Virus record (IMG/VR): IMGVR_UViG_3300024261_000007
Location: 1-64,000 of that record
Source of the DNA: a virus
Reading direction: 5' to 3' (one strand)
Length of the DNA: 64,000 nucleotides
Shown here: positions 52,023 through 60,093 of the stretch, one piece after another
How the letters are laid out: each line of letters begins with the position of its first letter
Numbering within the stretch: position 1 is the stretch's first letter
The notes under the pieces: generated by a model
The model's database searches: none
The model's input: only the letters and a program-made list of their open reading frames with translations
What the model was told of the DNA's origin: nothing
Made by a program: the position numbers and the translations under genes

Positions 52023-52585
52023 TGGCAATATCACATATACCAAGATCTGTCGGGCACAACTTTGCTCCAGAATACCAAATTAGCGCTGTACCTTTTAACG
52101 CAAAAAATTCTGACGGCAGTAGATTTGTAATTAAAAAAGCAACAGGAAAAATAGTAGGCACAGTAGCAGCAGCAAATGATGGTGATTTAACGGACGATGT
52201 CTGGACAAGAACAGATAATACGTTGTCTGATGATGATCTTAAAGATAATGATGCAGGCAATGCTGATATTGCTAATTTGCATGCTGACTATGGTGTTATA
52301 AGAAAATATGAATTTAAAAAAATAACACAATGGTTACAGTTTAAAACTGTTGGTCAAGCAACTAATGTTTATTTTAGTAGAAAAGAAGCAGTTTCTAGTA
52401 CAACAAATTGCTTAGAATTAGCTGCTAATGAAGAAACATTAATTTTGCCGATTAGATGTGTTAATATTTACATGCCTGATGCTGTTGCTGCTAATCAAAC
52501 AATGCATATTAGAGTAGGATTAACTTCAATAGATAGATCAGAATTTACAGAAATGATAGAAACATTTTTAGGTGATACAGAGTAA
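52022..52585 (+). CDS. Hypothetical head-module protein
   Basis: ATG 52022 (TAATG overlap, GGAG at 52010-52013) is preferred over GTG 52013. Confidence 0.65.
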   Translation: MAISHIPRSVGHNFAPEYQISAVPFNAKNSDGSRFVIKKATGKIVGTVAAANDGDLTDDVWTRTDNTLSDDDLKDNDAGNADIANLHADYGVIRKYEFKKITQWLQFKTVGQATNVYFSRKEAVSSTTNCLELAANEETLILPIRCVNIYMPDAVAANQTMHIRVGLTSIDRSEFTEMIETFLGDTE

Positions 52586-53028
52586 TGGCAAAAGTAAGTA
52601 AAGAATTATTAAAAGAAATAGTAAAAGAATGTCTTGTAGAGATTCTTGCTGAAGGTTTAACAGGAGGCAATACTACACAGTTAAGTGAAAGTATTGAAAG
52701 AGTTTCTTCACGTAAGTCTCGAAAAAGTCCATCTTCAAGGATTATGAAAAACATGTTGCCTTCTAAAAAAGTTGTCAATGAAAAATTTGAAGAAAACACA
52801 AGACAAGTTATTTCTCGAGCAACAAAAGATCCTGTCATGGCAGAATTGTTAGCAGATACTGCAAAGACAACATTACAAGAACAAAATTCTTCAGACCAGC
52901 CAAATAAATTTACTGCTCAACCTCTTGATAGCATTAGCAGAACAGTCGCGGAAAGTGATCCTTCAGAATTGTTTGGAAAATCAGCTTCAAATTGGGCACA
53001 GTTAGCTTTTGCAGGTAGCCCTGAGTAA
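52585..53028 (+). CDS. Hypothetical head-module protein with N-terminal LKEIVKECLVEILAE helix
   Basis: TAATG overlap with the upstream gene; amphipathic N-terminal helix. Confidence 0.65.
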   Translation: MAKVSKELLKEIVKECLVEILAEGLTGGNTTQLSESIERVSSRKSRKSPSSRIMKNMLPSKKVVNEKFEENTRQVISRATKDPVMAELLADTAKTTLQEQNSSDQPNKFTAQPLDSISRTVAESDPSELFGKSASNWAQLAFAGSPE

Positions 53029-53111
53029 TTTTATTTGTTGTTGCAAAAAGTTTTGCATACATTCATATATTTATTATTAGACAAAACTAATATAGATGTA
53101 TGGAGTTTGAA

Positions 53112-53390
53112 ATGGCAAGAGCTAAGAAATTAACTAATCGTATGCTGCGTAGACTTATTGCTGAAGAGCGCGCAAGACTTAACGAGACTTTAGAGATGGG
53201 ACTTAAACACCCATCAGAAGCACCAAAAAGAACTCGCGAAGTTCAAGCTGACAAAATGGCAAACACTCTTGAAGATTGTGTAAATTATTATAAAGCTTGC
53301 AAGTTAAAAGAAGCAAAACTTGTTGAGCAATTAGCATTTGTACAAGAAGCAAAGCGTCGTTTAAAGAAAAGACTTTTAAGCAAACTTTAA
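53112..53390 (+). CDS. Small basic helical head/core protein
   Basis: GGAG at 53102-53105 favours ATG 53112; N-terminus KKLTNRMLRRLIAEERARLNE. Confidence 0.65.
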   Translation: MARAKKLTNRMLRRLIAEERARLNETLEMGLKHPSEAPKRTREVQADKMANTLEDCVNYYKACKLKEAKLVEQLAFVQEAKRRLKKRLLSKL

Positions 53391-53396
53391 TTTGTA

Positions 53397-53415
53397 ATAA
53401 TTAATATTGTAATAA
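53397..53415 (+). promoter_or_regulatory. Candidate late promoter element ATAATTAATATTGTAATAA
   Basis: Identical to 25194-25212; followed by TAGGAG and ATG 53436. Confidence 0.55.
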
Positions 53416-53435
53416 ACAACTAGGAGAATATTCAA

Positions 53436-54110
53436 ATGGTATTTAAAACTGAAGTCCAATCAAGAAACGGAACTCTTTCCATAAATCAGCAAACTACAAG
53501 TCAAAGAACTAAGTTTGGTCAAAGATTTAGAGATAATCTTGGAGTTGCATCTAATAACCTTTTAGGTGCAAGCGGAATATTTTCAGATAGTCCTATTGGC
53601 GTATTTGGAGCAGGTGACTCTGATGATGCTGCTGCTTTAACTAATAGATCTGATAATACTTTCGGTAGTAATGTTTACGAAGCTTTTTCAAACGTTGTAG
53701 ATGGACCGGTTGATTTATCTGGAGGTTTTGGTTTTTCTGCTACAGAGTTAAGTGATATATCTTTAGATTATAAACATGACAAAAATCCTCTTAAAGATGC
53801 TGCAGATGCGTTAACAACAGGTGAGGCTCATAGTGATGTAGGACATAAAAAGAGATTTCTTGGATTTCCAGATCTTGTTCCTCCAGACATTCATACTGTC
53901 AATACAGAAACAGCAGAAACTGCAACAGCTACTTTGAATAAAGATGCAACTGACAATTTTGGTTCAACAACTCCAGGTTACAGAGTACAAGCAGCAACAA
54001 CTGTCTCTGGTTTAGGCTATTTTGCTGTAGATGGTGAACTAAATCAGACTAATGCCTCTAATCCAGATACTCTTGGTCAATACTTTACGAAAATAGGCTC
54101 ACAAGCATAA
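53436..54110 (+). CDS. Hypothetical virion protein (possible distant paralog of the next two)
   Basis: AGGAG SD; ISLDY, FPDLVPP and DNFGS motifs in the same order as in the next two genes. Confidence 0.65.
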   Translation: MVFKTEVQSRNGTLSINQQTTSQRTKFGQRFRDNLGVASNNLLGASGIFSDSPIGVFGAGDSDDAAALTNRSDNTFGSNVYEAFSNVVDGPVDLSGGFGFSATELSDISLDYKHDKNPLKDAADALTTGEAHSDVGHKKRFLGFPDLVPPDIHTVNTETAETATATLNKDATDNFGSTTPGYRVQAATTVSGLGYFAVDGELNQTNASNPDTLGQYFTKIGSQA

Positions 54111-54120
54111 GGTTTTTATT

Positions 54121-54840
54121 ATGACAATAGATATTTCAATTAGAACAAGTAATAGTAACGATAAAGAAAAGCATGGTAACGTTTTTCCAAGTCCTCGAGA
54201 TTCTCCTAATCCAGGAGAAGAAATGGGACAAGCAGATGATGCAAGATTAAATGCTTTATTTGGAACTGAAGAAGATTCTTTTTTTAACTCTGATACAAAC
54301 AGTGCTTTTCTTGTCGCAGTTGCTGCTTTATCTGGGCAGGATCACTATAGAATGGGTAATGATAACGATACTTTTATTTACGATGGCAGTAGCTACTTCG
54401 TCAGAAAGCTTTTAGAGGAAAAAGCTAATGCTCAAACGCAAGAGGAAAAAGACTTAATAGGCTTAAAAATAGCAAAGCTTCAAGAGTCAGCTTACCAAGC
54501 AGATGAAACTGTAACAGAATTTAATCCAAGTAATGAAGCAGAAGACGCAAACTTTAATCCAGACTTTGGTGTTGGTAGTGTATCTTGGAGATATATTGAT
54601 CGATCATCAAATAGTCTAAACGATAAGAGTGACGGAAACGATAATGTTGGAAGTAATCAATATCCTAACTTGACATACCCAATGGCTGCAACAAGTTTTG
54701 ATACAGGAAACATTAATTTAGAAGAAAATGTTGCGTATACAAAAGATCAGCCAAGAAATAATAATTTCGGCTCAGATACTCAAACTGCACATGATAAAAC
54801 TTCTACTGATATGTATAGAATATTACATAAATATGTATAG
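54121..54840 (+). CDS. Hypothetical virion protein, paralog of 54877..55422
   Basis: FNPDFGVGSVSWRYID...YPNLTYP...NNFGSD...YRIL. Confidence 0.65.
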   Translation: MTIDISIRTSNSNDKEKHGNVFPSPRDSPNPGEEMGQADDARLNALFGTEEDSFFNSDTNSAFLVAVAALSGQDHYRMGNDNDTFIYDGSSYFVRKLLEEKANAQTQEEKDLIGLKIAKLQESAYQADETVTEFNPSNEAEDANFNPDFGVGSVSWRYIDRSSNSLNDKSDGNDNVGSNQYPNLTYPMAATSFDTGNINLEENVAYTKDQPRNNNFGSDTQTAHDKTSTDMYRILHKYV

Positions 54841-54855
54841 AATATTACATAAATA
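54809..54855 (+). repeat. Exact 22-bp tandem duplication ATATGTATAGAATATTACATAA
   Basis: Copies at 54809-54830 and 54831-54852, plus ATA; it spans the stop codon of 54121..54840. Confidence 0.95.
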
Positions 54856-54876
54856 CGACTTTTAAAAGGAATTGTT

Positions 54877-55422
54877 ATGTCTATAAGAATTGATCAACCT
54901 GAAAAACATGGTAAAATAAAACTAGATACATCAAACTTGCCTCGTACTCGACGCCAGTCTGGTGAACCTTTAGGTTTAAGCACTCAAAGAACATATAGCA
55001 GATTTCAAGAAAATATGCAACTAAATAGCGTTGACTTAGAATCTAACGAGCAGTTAACTTATGCTTTTTTTAGAGAACGTAATCACTATTATTCGGAAAA
55101 TCCTTTTAATACATACGACAACTTACAAAATCAGTATATTGGTGGAGAAGCAAAACCAGGTGAAGAATTTAATCCAGATTTTTCTTCAAATTCTGTAGGT
55201 TTTAATTATATTGATATTGTTACTCCTTCTAATAGAGGAGCTGCTAATGACGGTGCTAAATCTGATTCAAAAACACCTAATTTAAAATATCCAAACACAG
55301 AAAATAATACAAATCCTTTGTTTGGTACTGAAACTAACAGTCAGTTTGGTAGTGATGAAAAATCTATTTCTACTCCTGTTGAAAACTATCGAATGATAAA
55401 CTCAAGATATGCAGGAAATTAA
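54877..55422 (+). CDS. Hypothetical virion protein, paralog of 54121..54840
   Basis: FNPDFSSNSVGFNYID...TPNLKYP...SQFGSD...YRMI. AAGGA SD upstream. Confidence 0.65.
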   Translation: MSIRIDQPEKHGKIKLDTSNLPRTRRQSGEPLGLSTQRTYSRFQENMQLNSVDLESNEQLTYAFFRERNHYYSENPFNTYDNLQNQYIGGEAKPGEEFNPDFSSNSVGFNYIDIVTPSNRGAANDGAKSDSKTPNLKYPNTENNTNPLFGTETNSQFGSDEKSISTPVENYRMINSRYAGN

Positions 55423-56184
55423 ATGACTAATATAGGTACGTTGCATGGACCAGTAACTTCTACTTCAAGTGATGGAAACTTAGGCGGTGGTTATGGTAAA
55501 ACTACTAATGGTGGTCTTGGTTCAATGCGTGCCATGTCCGGCAAGGGTGGAATATATCCTGTAGTAACTGATCTTGCAAAAAAGATATTTCTTGGCGAGT
55601 ATGAAGGTGATGCTGAAGAAGATGTTGATCCTCGTTCTGTAAAAAACAGAATAAGAAGAAAAGCTTTTACTTCTGATAATGAAGACACATATGACTTTTA
55701 TAATAAGTATAGTAATGATGTAAGCTCAATGGCAGGACCATATACAAATCAAGTATCAGGTCAACTTGCTGCTTCATACAAGAGAAGTGAAGAAAGATTA
55801 TTAAAAGAGTTTATATCAACTGCTGTAAGAACTATAGTTATGGGCACGATAGGTGATCCTTATCATCCTTCTTCAAGTAGCACTTCCAACATGAATCAAA
55901 TGAATCCTGGTGATCCTTCTATTAAGCAAGGTGGTTATGGTCAAGGTGAAGAAACACCTGATATGTGGCCCTATTCTATTGAAGGTGAGCCTACGACAGA
56001 TGGTGGAGAAACAACAAATAAGCTTGATGATAATATAGTAAAAGAGTTTCCCTTTGAAGACAAGGAGTCTTCGACTTATACTTATTTGAAGCGTACATCT
56101 ACAAAAGAGTATAGCGATATGAAAAATGTTGAAAAACAACAACGAAGATTTCGTTATAATCAAAAAAAACAAAAAATTAAGTGA
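55423..56184 (+). CDS. Hypothetical Gly-rich, largely disordered head-module protein
   Basis: 253-aa ORF with GGGYG/QGGYG motifs and an internal RLLKEFI helix. Confidence 0.6.
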   Translation: MTNIGTLHGPVTSTSSDGNLGGGYGKTTNGGLGSMRAMSGKGGIYPVVTDLAKKIFLGEYEGDAEEDVDPRSVKNRIRRKAFTSDNEDTYDFYNKYSNDVSSMAGPYTNQVSGQLAASYKRSEERLLKEFISTAVRTIVMGTIGDPYHPSSSSTSNMNQMNPGDPSIKQGGYGQGEETPDMWPYSIEGEPTTDGGETTNKLDDNIVKEFPFEDKESSTYTYLKRTSTKEYSDMKNVEKQQRRFRYNQKKQKIK

Positions 56185-56227
56185 TATATAAGGTATATAA
56201 AAGAAAAATATATTGTGAGTAAGTATA

Positions 56228-57919
56228 ATGGCAAATAATTTATATGAAGAGGCAATTAACGCTGCTGAGCAGTTAAAAGAAGCTGCTGAAAGTAAAGTTA
56301 AGCAACACTTAATTGAAGCGATGTCGCCTCAAATTAAGCAATTGGTGGAAAAAAGTTTATTAGGTGAAGAGGTAGATGAACTTTCTGTCGTACCTGTAAA
56401 CTCAGGGGAAGAGCCAGAAGACGACGACAAACCAGAAGATGGCAACGACAAACCAGAAGATGGCAAAGACGCTGATGAAAAAGAAGTACTTTCAGATTCA
56501 GAAAATCAAGAAGAATATGGAATGTATGAAGATGAGGATGCTGACTTTTTCTTTGCAGGTAAAAATGAGCAAGTTGAAATTTCAGAAGAATCAGCAAAAA
56601 TATTAAAAAGTATGTTAAGTCATAAAGCTAAAAAGGATGCAACTGCTGAAAGATTAAAAGAGATAAAGTCTGCAATAATATCTTTAAAGCGATCAATTAT
56701 TTTAGCAGAGAGTAGTAATAAAACACAAAAGCATCGTTCTAAATTTGTCTTGGCGTACAAAAATATATTGCGTGAACTAAAAAATATTAAAGAGAGTAAT
56801 ATAATTAAATCAGATAAAACGTTATTAAAAGAATATTTAAGAATATCTAAGGAGATAAATAGCATGTCAACAAGACGCAGATCAAGAAGAAATTATTTAA
56901 ATGAAAGCCTCGACGAACTGCTCGAGATGAATATCTTTGAAGAAGACGAAGACGAAGCTAGCGACGAAGTAGAAGCGGACGCAGAAGTAGAAGCGGATGC
57001 AGAAACTGAAGAAGAAGCTGGTGAAGTTACGGCTGGCATGCTAAAACAAGCTTCTGAAATGTCTTTAGGCGATTTAGTTTCAAAAGCTTTAGATCCCGAA
57101 GGTTCTGATATGCCTTCTGATGATTTTGATCTTGATCTTGGGGATGAAGAATCTGACGAAGAATCTGACGAAGAATCTGAAGAAGAATCTGACGAGAGCA
57201 ATGAGGGTTATCATAGAGAAATCGACGAGATGGATCACAAAGAAATCGACGAGATCGATGAAGGTCCAGATAGTTCTACGAACGAGACTCGTTACGCTAA
57301 GGGAGATCTTTTCTTGGAGATCGACGAAAATATGCTTAAAAATGAAATTACTAAAATGAGAAAACTTCGCGAAGGCGAAGCAACTGAAATGTCATCACAC
57401 TTTGGCGGTGGTGATTTAGATAAAGAAATGTTTGTTGATGTTGACGAAGGCGATCTTAATGTACATTCAGGCAATCTTGGCCGTGAGGATGTACCTATGC
57501 CTAAAGTTGAAGCAGCTCTACGTAAAACAATGCGTAAGAATCGCATGTTAGAGGGCAAGGTACAAGAATATCAGGATGCGGTTCGAGGAATGAAGACGCA
57601 ATTAACAGAGATGAACCTCTTTAACGCTAAGCTTCTCTATGCAAATAAACTTATGCAAAACAGAGGGCTTTCACTTAAACAACAACGCCATATTGTTGAG
57701 TCATTAGACGAAGCTTCTACTATGAACGAGGCAAAACTCTTATTTGAGAGCCTCTCGAAGTCTTTGATGAAACCTGCTCCAAAGGGAAGAAAACTTTCAG
57801 AAGGTGCAAACAGAAGAACTCTTGCTTCGGCATCACGTTCTACAAGAAGCGCGCAAGCTCCTCTTAATGAATCTGTTGCATTGGACCGTTGGGCAACTCT
57901 TGCAGGAATCAAAAAGTAA
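56228..57919 (+). CDS. Prohead core scaffold protein (gp22-like position and composition)
   Basis: Immediately upstream of the major capsid gene; coiled-coil and highly acidic; LTEMNLFNAKLLYANKL; C-terminal DRWATLAGIKK. Confidence 0.8.
   Translation: MANNLYEEAINAAEQLKEAAESKVKQHLIEAMSPQIKQLVEKSLLGEEVDELSVVPVNSGEEPEDDDKPEDGNDKPEDGKDADEKEVLSDSENQEEYGMYEDEDADFFFAGKNEQVEISEESAKILKSMLSHKAKKDATAERLKEIKSAIISLKRSIILAESSNKTQKHRSKFVLAYKNILRELKNIKESNIIKSDKTLLKEYLRISKEINSMSTRRRSRRNYLNESLDELLEMNIFEEDEDEASDEVEADAEVEADAETEEEAGEVTAGMLKQASEMSLGDLVSKALDPEGSDMPSDDFDLDLGDEESDEESDEESEEESDESNEGYHREIDEMDHKEIDEIDEGPDSSTNETRYAKGDLFLEIDENMLKNEITKMRKLREGEATEMSSHFGGGDLDKEMFVDVDEGDLNVHSGNLGREDVPMPKVEAALRKTMRKNRMLEGKVQEYQDAVRGMKTQLTEMNLFNAKLLYANKLMQNRGLSLKQQRHIVESLDEASTMNEAKLLFESLSKSLMKPAPKGRKLSEGANRRTLASASRSTRSAQAPLNESVALDRWATLAGIKK
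56424..57193 (+). repeat. In-frame tandem repeats in the acidic linkers of the scaffold
   Basis: 21 bp x2 at 56424-56465 (ACGACAAACCAGAAGATGGCA); 18 bp x2 at 56966-57001; 12 bp x4 at 57146-57193 (GAAGAATCTGAC, one variant). Confidence 0.9.
56864..57919 (+). CDS. Predicted nested in-frame short scaffold isoform (351 aa)
   Basis: AAGGAG at 56849-56854, 9 nt before the in-frame ATG 56864 (codon 213). ATATTTAA element at 56833-56840. Confidence 0.5.
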   Translation: MSTRRRSRRNYLNESLDELLEMNIFEEDEDEASDEVEADAEVEADAETEEEAGEVTAGMLKQASEMSLGDLVSKALDPEGSDMPSDDFDLDLGDEESDEESDEESEEESDESNEGYHREIDEMDHKEIDEIDEGPDSSTNETRYAKGDLFLEIDENMLKNEITKMRKLREGEATEMSSHFGGGDLDKEMFVDVDEGDLNVHSGNLGREDVPMPKVEAALRKTMRKNRMLEGKVQEYQDAVRGMKTQLTEMNLFNAKLLYANKLMQNRGLSLKQQRHIVESLDEASTMNEAKLLFESLSKSLMKPAPKGRKLSEGANRRTLASASRSTRSAQAPLNESVALDRWATLAGIKK

Positions 57920-57965
57920 TTGGTTTAAACACAGATTTAATTAGAATAAAAAGGAATATAAATAC

Positions 57966-59942
57966 ATGAGTTTTACACTTAAAACATTAACAGAAGGTAT
58001 TAGAGACCGCCACGTGGGCCAGCAGAACGCTCGCCTCGTTGAGAAATGGTCTCGCACAGGTCTCCTAAGAGGCATGGAAGACACACATCGTGAAAATATG
58101 GCTACTCTTCTTGAGAACCAGGCTGCTCAAGTTCTTCGCGAGAGCAACACAATGGGTGGCGATCAAGTTGGTGGTTTCACTAACATTGCATTCCCAATCG
58201 TTCGCCGCGTATTCGGTGGTTTGGTAGCAAACGAGCTTGTTTCGATTCAACCAATGAGTCTTCCAAGTGGTCTTCTATTCTACCTCGATTATACATATGG
58301 TAATGATGTAGGTGGTTATGGCAAGGGTCAAAGCATCTACGGACAACCAAGCGGCAAGGACATCCAAGCCGGTGCACTTGCAACTGGTGGTCAATACGAC
58401 CTTGCTGGCGCAGGCTTCTCACGTCGTCATGTTAGAGGAACTGAGACAACCGTCGCTCAAAAAGGTCCAGCAGCCGGCGTCGCCGCGAAAGGCGATATAG
58501 GAGCAAATGAGCTATTTATACTTGACGCTGACCGAGGTGCGCCTAACACAGATGTAGCAGCCGCACTCTCTTCACTCGCTGTAATTAGAACTGACAAGCA
58601 ACAAGATCTTAAACTTATACAGTTTGATCCACAATTAATTGATCGCATCGATCAACTAGATGAACCATACGCATTTTTGTTAGTTCACCCTTCAAAATGT
58701 GACCTCGACGGCGCACAGACATTTGACAAGGGCATTGATGCCTCAATGATTAAAGACGTTGCCCTTGTTGCATCTGTTGGTAATGTAGTAGACATGGATG
58801 CAAAGAGTATTTTAAGAATGCCTGCTAAAGAAGTACAGTCAACAAGTCACGAATTTGGTAAAGTAACAAAGCCGGGTGCTGTATTTAATATTCGACGTTT
58901 AAACCAGCTAGGTTATTGGGACGGAACAGTGTTTACACCAAATAGTCTAGCAAGTCTATCTGATGATACTACACGTGTTTTAATGGTTGTAAGAAAAAAT
59001 ATAAAAACTACAAATCTAAATGCAAATCTGGACGACCTTGAACTCTCTTACGTAATGTCTTCATCACAGACAGTTGGCGCTGACAGTGGTGAGGTTGATT
59101 TCGATCCAGCATTCGAGAGTGGAATGCAAGAGCAAGGTGAAGCCATCAGTCCAACAATCCCAGAGATTGATATTAAGATCGAGTCAATTCCTGTGACTGC
59201 ACAGACACGTAAGTTACGTGCACGTTGGAGTCCTGAGTTGGCACAAGACCTTAACGCGTACCACTCAATGGACGCAGAGGTTGAGCTTACCCAGATTCTT
59301 TCAGAGCAAATTGCTCTTGAGATTGACCGTGAGATTCTTGGTGATCTTCTAAGTGGTGCACAAGGTGCAAACTTCTTTTGGAGTCGTTCACCTGGTAAAT
59401 TTGTTAACAAGCGTACTGGTTCTGCTGTTGAGCGTACAAGCACTCTACAACCTGGACCAGCATTTACTGGTACAGTTCGTGAGTGGTATGAGACTCTAAC
59501 TGAGACTGTTATTGACGTAGCAAATGAGATTCACCGTAAGACTCTACGTGGTTCTGCGAACTTCATCGTAGTTTCTCCTGACGTTGCAACTATTCTTGAA
59601 GCATCTGTACTTTACCGCCCAAGCTATAGCATTGACGGTGACGGACAAGTTGGTGCTCCATTCACAATGGGTGCAGAGAAGATTGGTTCACTAAGCAACC
59701 GTTTCACAGTTTACAAAGACCCATACTTCCCACGCAACAAGATTCTTGTTGGATATAAGGGTGGTTCTTACCTCGAGACTGGATTCGTTTACGCTCCATA
59801 TGTTCCATTGATCGTTACTCCTACTATCTTCCAGCCAGAGGATTTCACCCCGCGTAAGGGCGTTATGACTCGTTACGGTAAGAAGATGGTTCGCGCTGAC
59901 TTCTACGGTACAGTTACATGCCTCGACATGAACATTATCTAA
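57966..59942 (+). CDS. gp23: Major capsid protein (T4 gp23-like) with large central insertion
   Basis: LLENQ, PIVRRVF..LVANELVSIQPM, AQTRKLRARWSPELAQDLNAYH..DAE.EL..ILSEQIALEIDREI, and YAPYVPL...FTPRKGVMTRYG. AAGGA SD upstream. Confidence 0.97.
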   Translation: MSFTLKTLTEGIRDRHVGQQNARLVEKWSRTGLLRGMEDTHRENMATLLENQAAQVLRESNTMGGDQVGGFTNIAFPIVRRVFGGLVANELVSIQPMSLPSGLLFYLDYTYGNDVGGYGKGQSIYGQPSGKDIQAGALATGGQYDLAGAGFSRRHVRGTETTVAQKGPAAGVAAKGDIGANELFILDADRGAPNTDVAAALSSLAVIRTDKQQDLKLIQFDPQLIDRIDQLDEPYAFLLVHPSKCDLDGAQTFDKGIDASMIKDVALVASVGNVVDMDAKSILRMPAKEVQSTSHEFGKVTKPGAVFNIRRLNQLGYWDGTVFTPNSLASLSDDTTRVLMVVRKNIKTTNLNANLDDLELSYVMSSSQTVGADSGEVDFDPAFESGMQEQGEAISPTIPEIDIKIESIPVTAQTRKLRARWSPELAQDLNAYHSMDAEVELTQILSEQIALEIDREILGDLLSGAQGANFFWSRSPGKFVNKRTGSAVERTSTLQPGPAFTGTVREWYETLTETVIDVANEIHRKTLRGSANFIVVSPDVATILEASVLYRPSYSIDGDGQVGAPFTMGAEKIGSLSNRFTVYKDPYFPRNKILVGYKGGSYLETGFVYAPYVPLIVTPTIFQPEDFTPRKGVMTRYGKKMVRADFYGTVTCLDMNII

Positions 59943-59977
59943 GGTAAGTTCTAGTGGTTGACACCTTAGGGTGATAA

Positions 59978-60003
59978 GAAGCCAGCTTTTTGCTGGTTTT
60001 TTT
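59978..60003 (+). terminator. Rho-independent terminator after the major capsid gene
   Basis: GCCAGC-TTTTT-GCTGGT stem-loop followed by a T run. Confidence 0.85.
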
Positions 60004-60028
60004 GTATTTGTTTAGAGAAGTAACGTTA

Positions 60029-60085
60029 GTTTTGACTTTTTTAGAAGCTAATATGAATAAGTGTGTTAGGTTAAAAAGTCAAAAC
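60029..60085 (-). terminator. Long inverted repeat just downstream of the minus-strand gene (terminator or RNA-stability hairpin)
   Basis: GTTTTGACTTTTT (60029-60041) and AAAAAGTCAAAAC (60073-60085) form a perfect 13-bp inverted repeat. Confidence 0.5.
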
Positions 60086-60093
60086 AGAGATCA

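Noticed and set aside
17684-55425. In-frame TAA-ATG junctions (17686/17687, 34746/34747, 55422/55423) as read-through fusions
   Set aside because: TAA is the dominant stop here and each downstream ORF has its own ATG; tight packing explains the pattern.
50035-57193. Tandem repeats as a possible CRISPR array, given the Cas4-like gene
   Set aside because: The repeats are contiguous with no unique spacers, and nearly all are in-frame coding for low-complexity linkers.
57957-57964. Perfect T4 late box TATAAATA before the capsid gene
   Set aside because: It lies between the SD and the ATG, so a transcript from it would lack the start region; likely chance in AT-rich DNA.
251-59443. Many short minus-strand and alternate-frame ORFs in the ORF track (e.g. 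698..1219, 34713..35219, 49822..50301, 59048..59443)
   Set aside because: They lie inside long, motif-bearing + strand genes, have no recognisable motifs, and look like codon-bias shadows.
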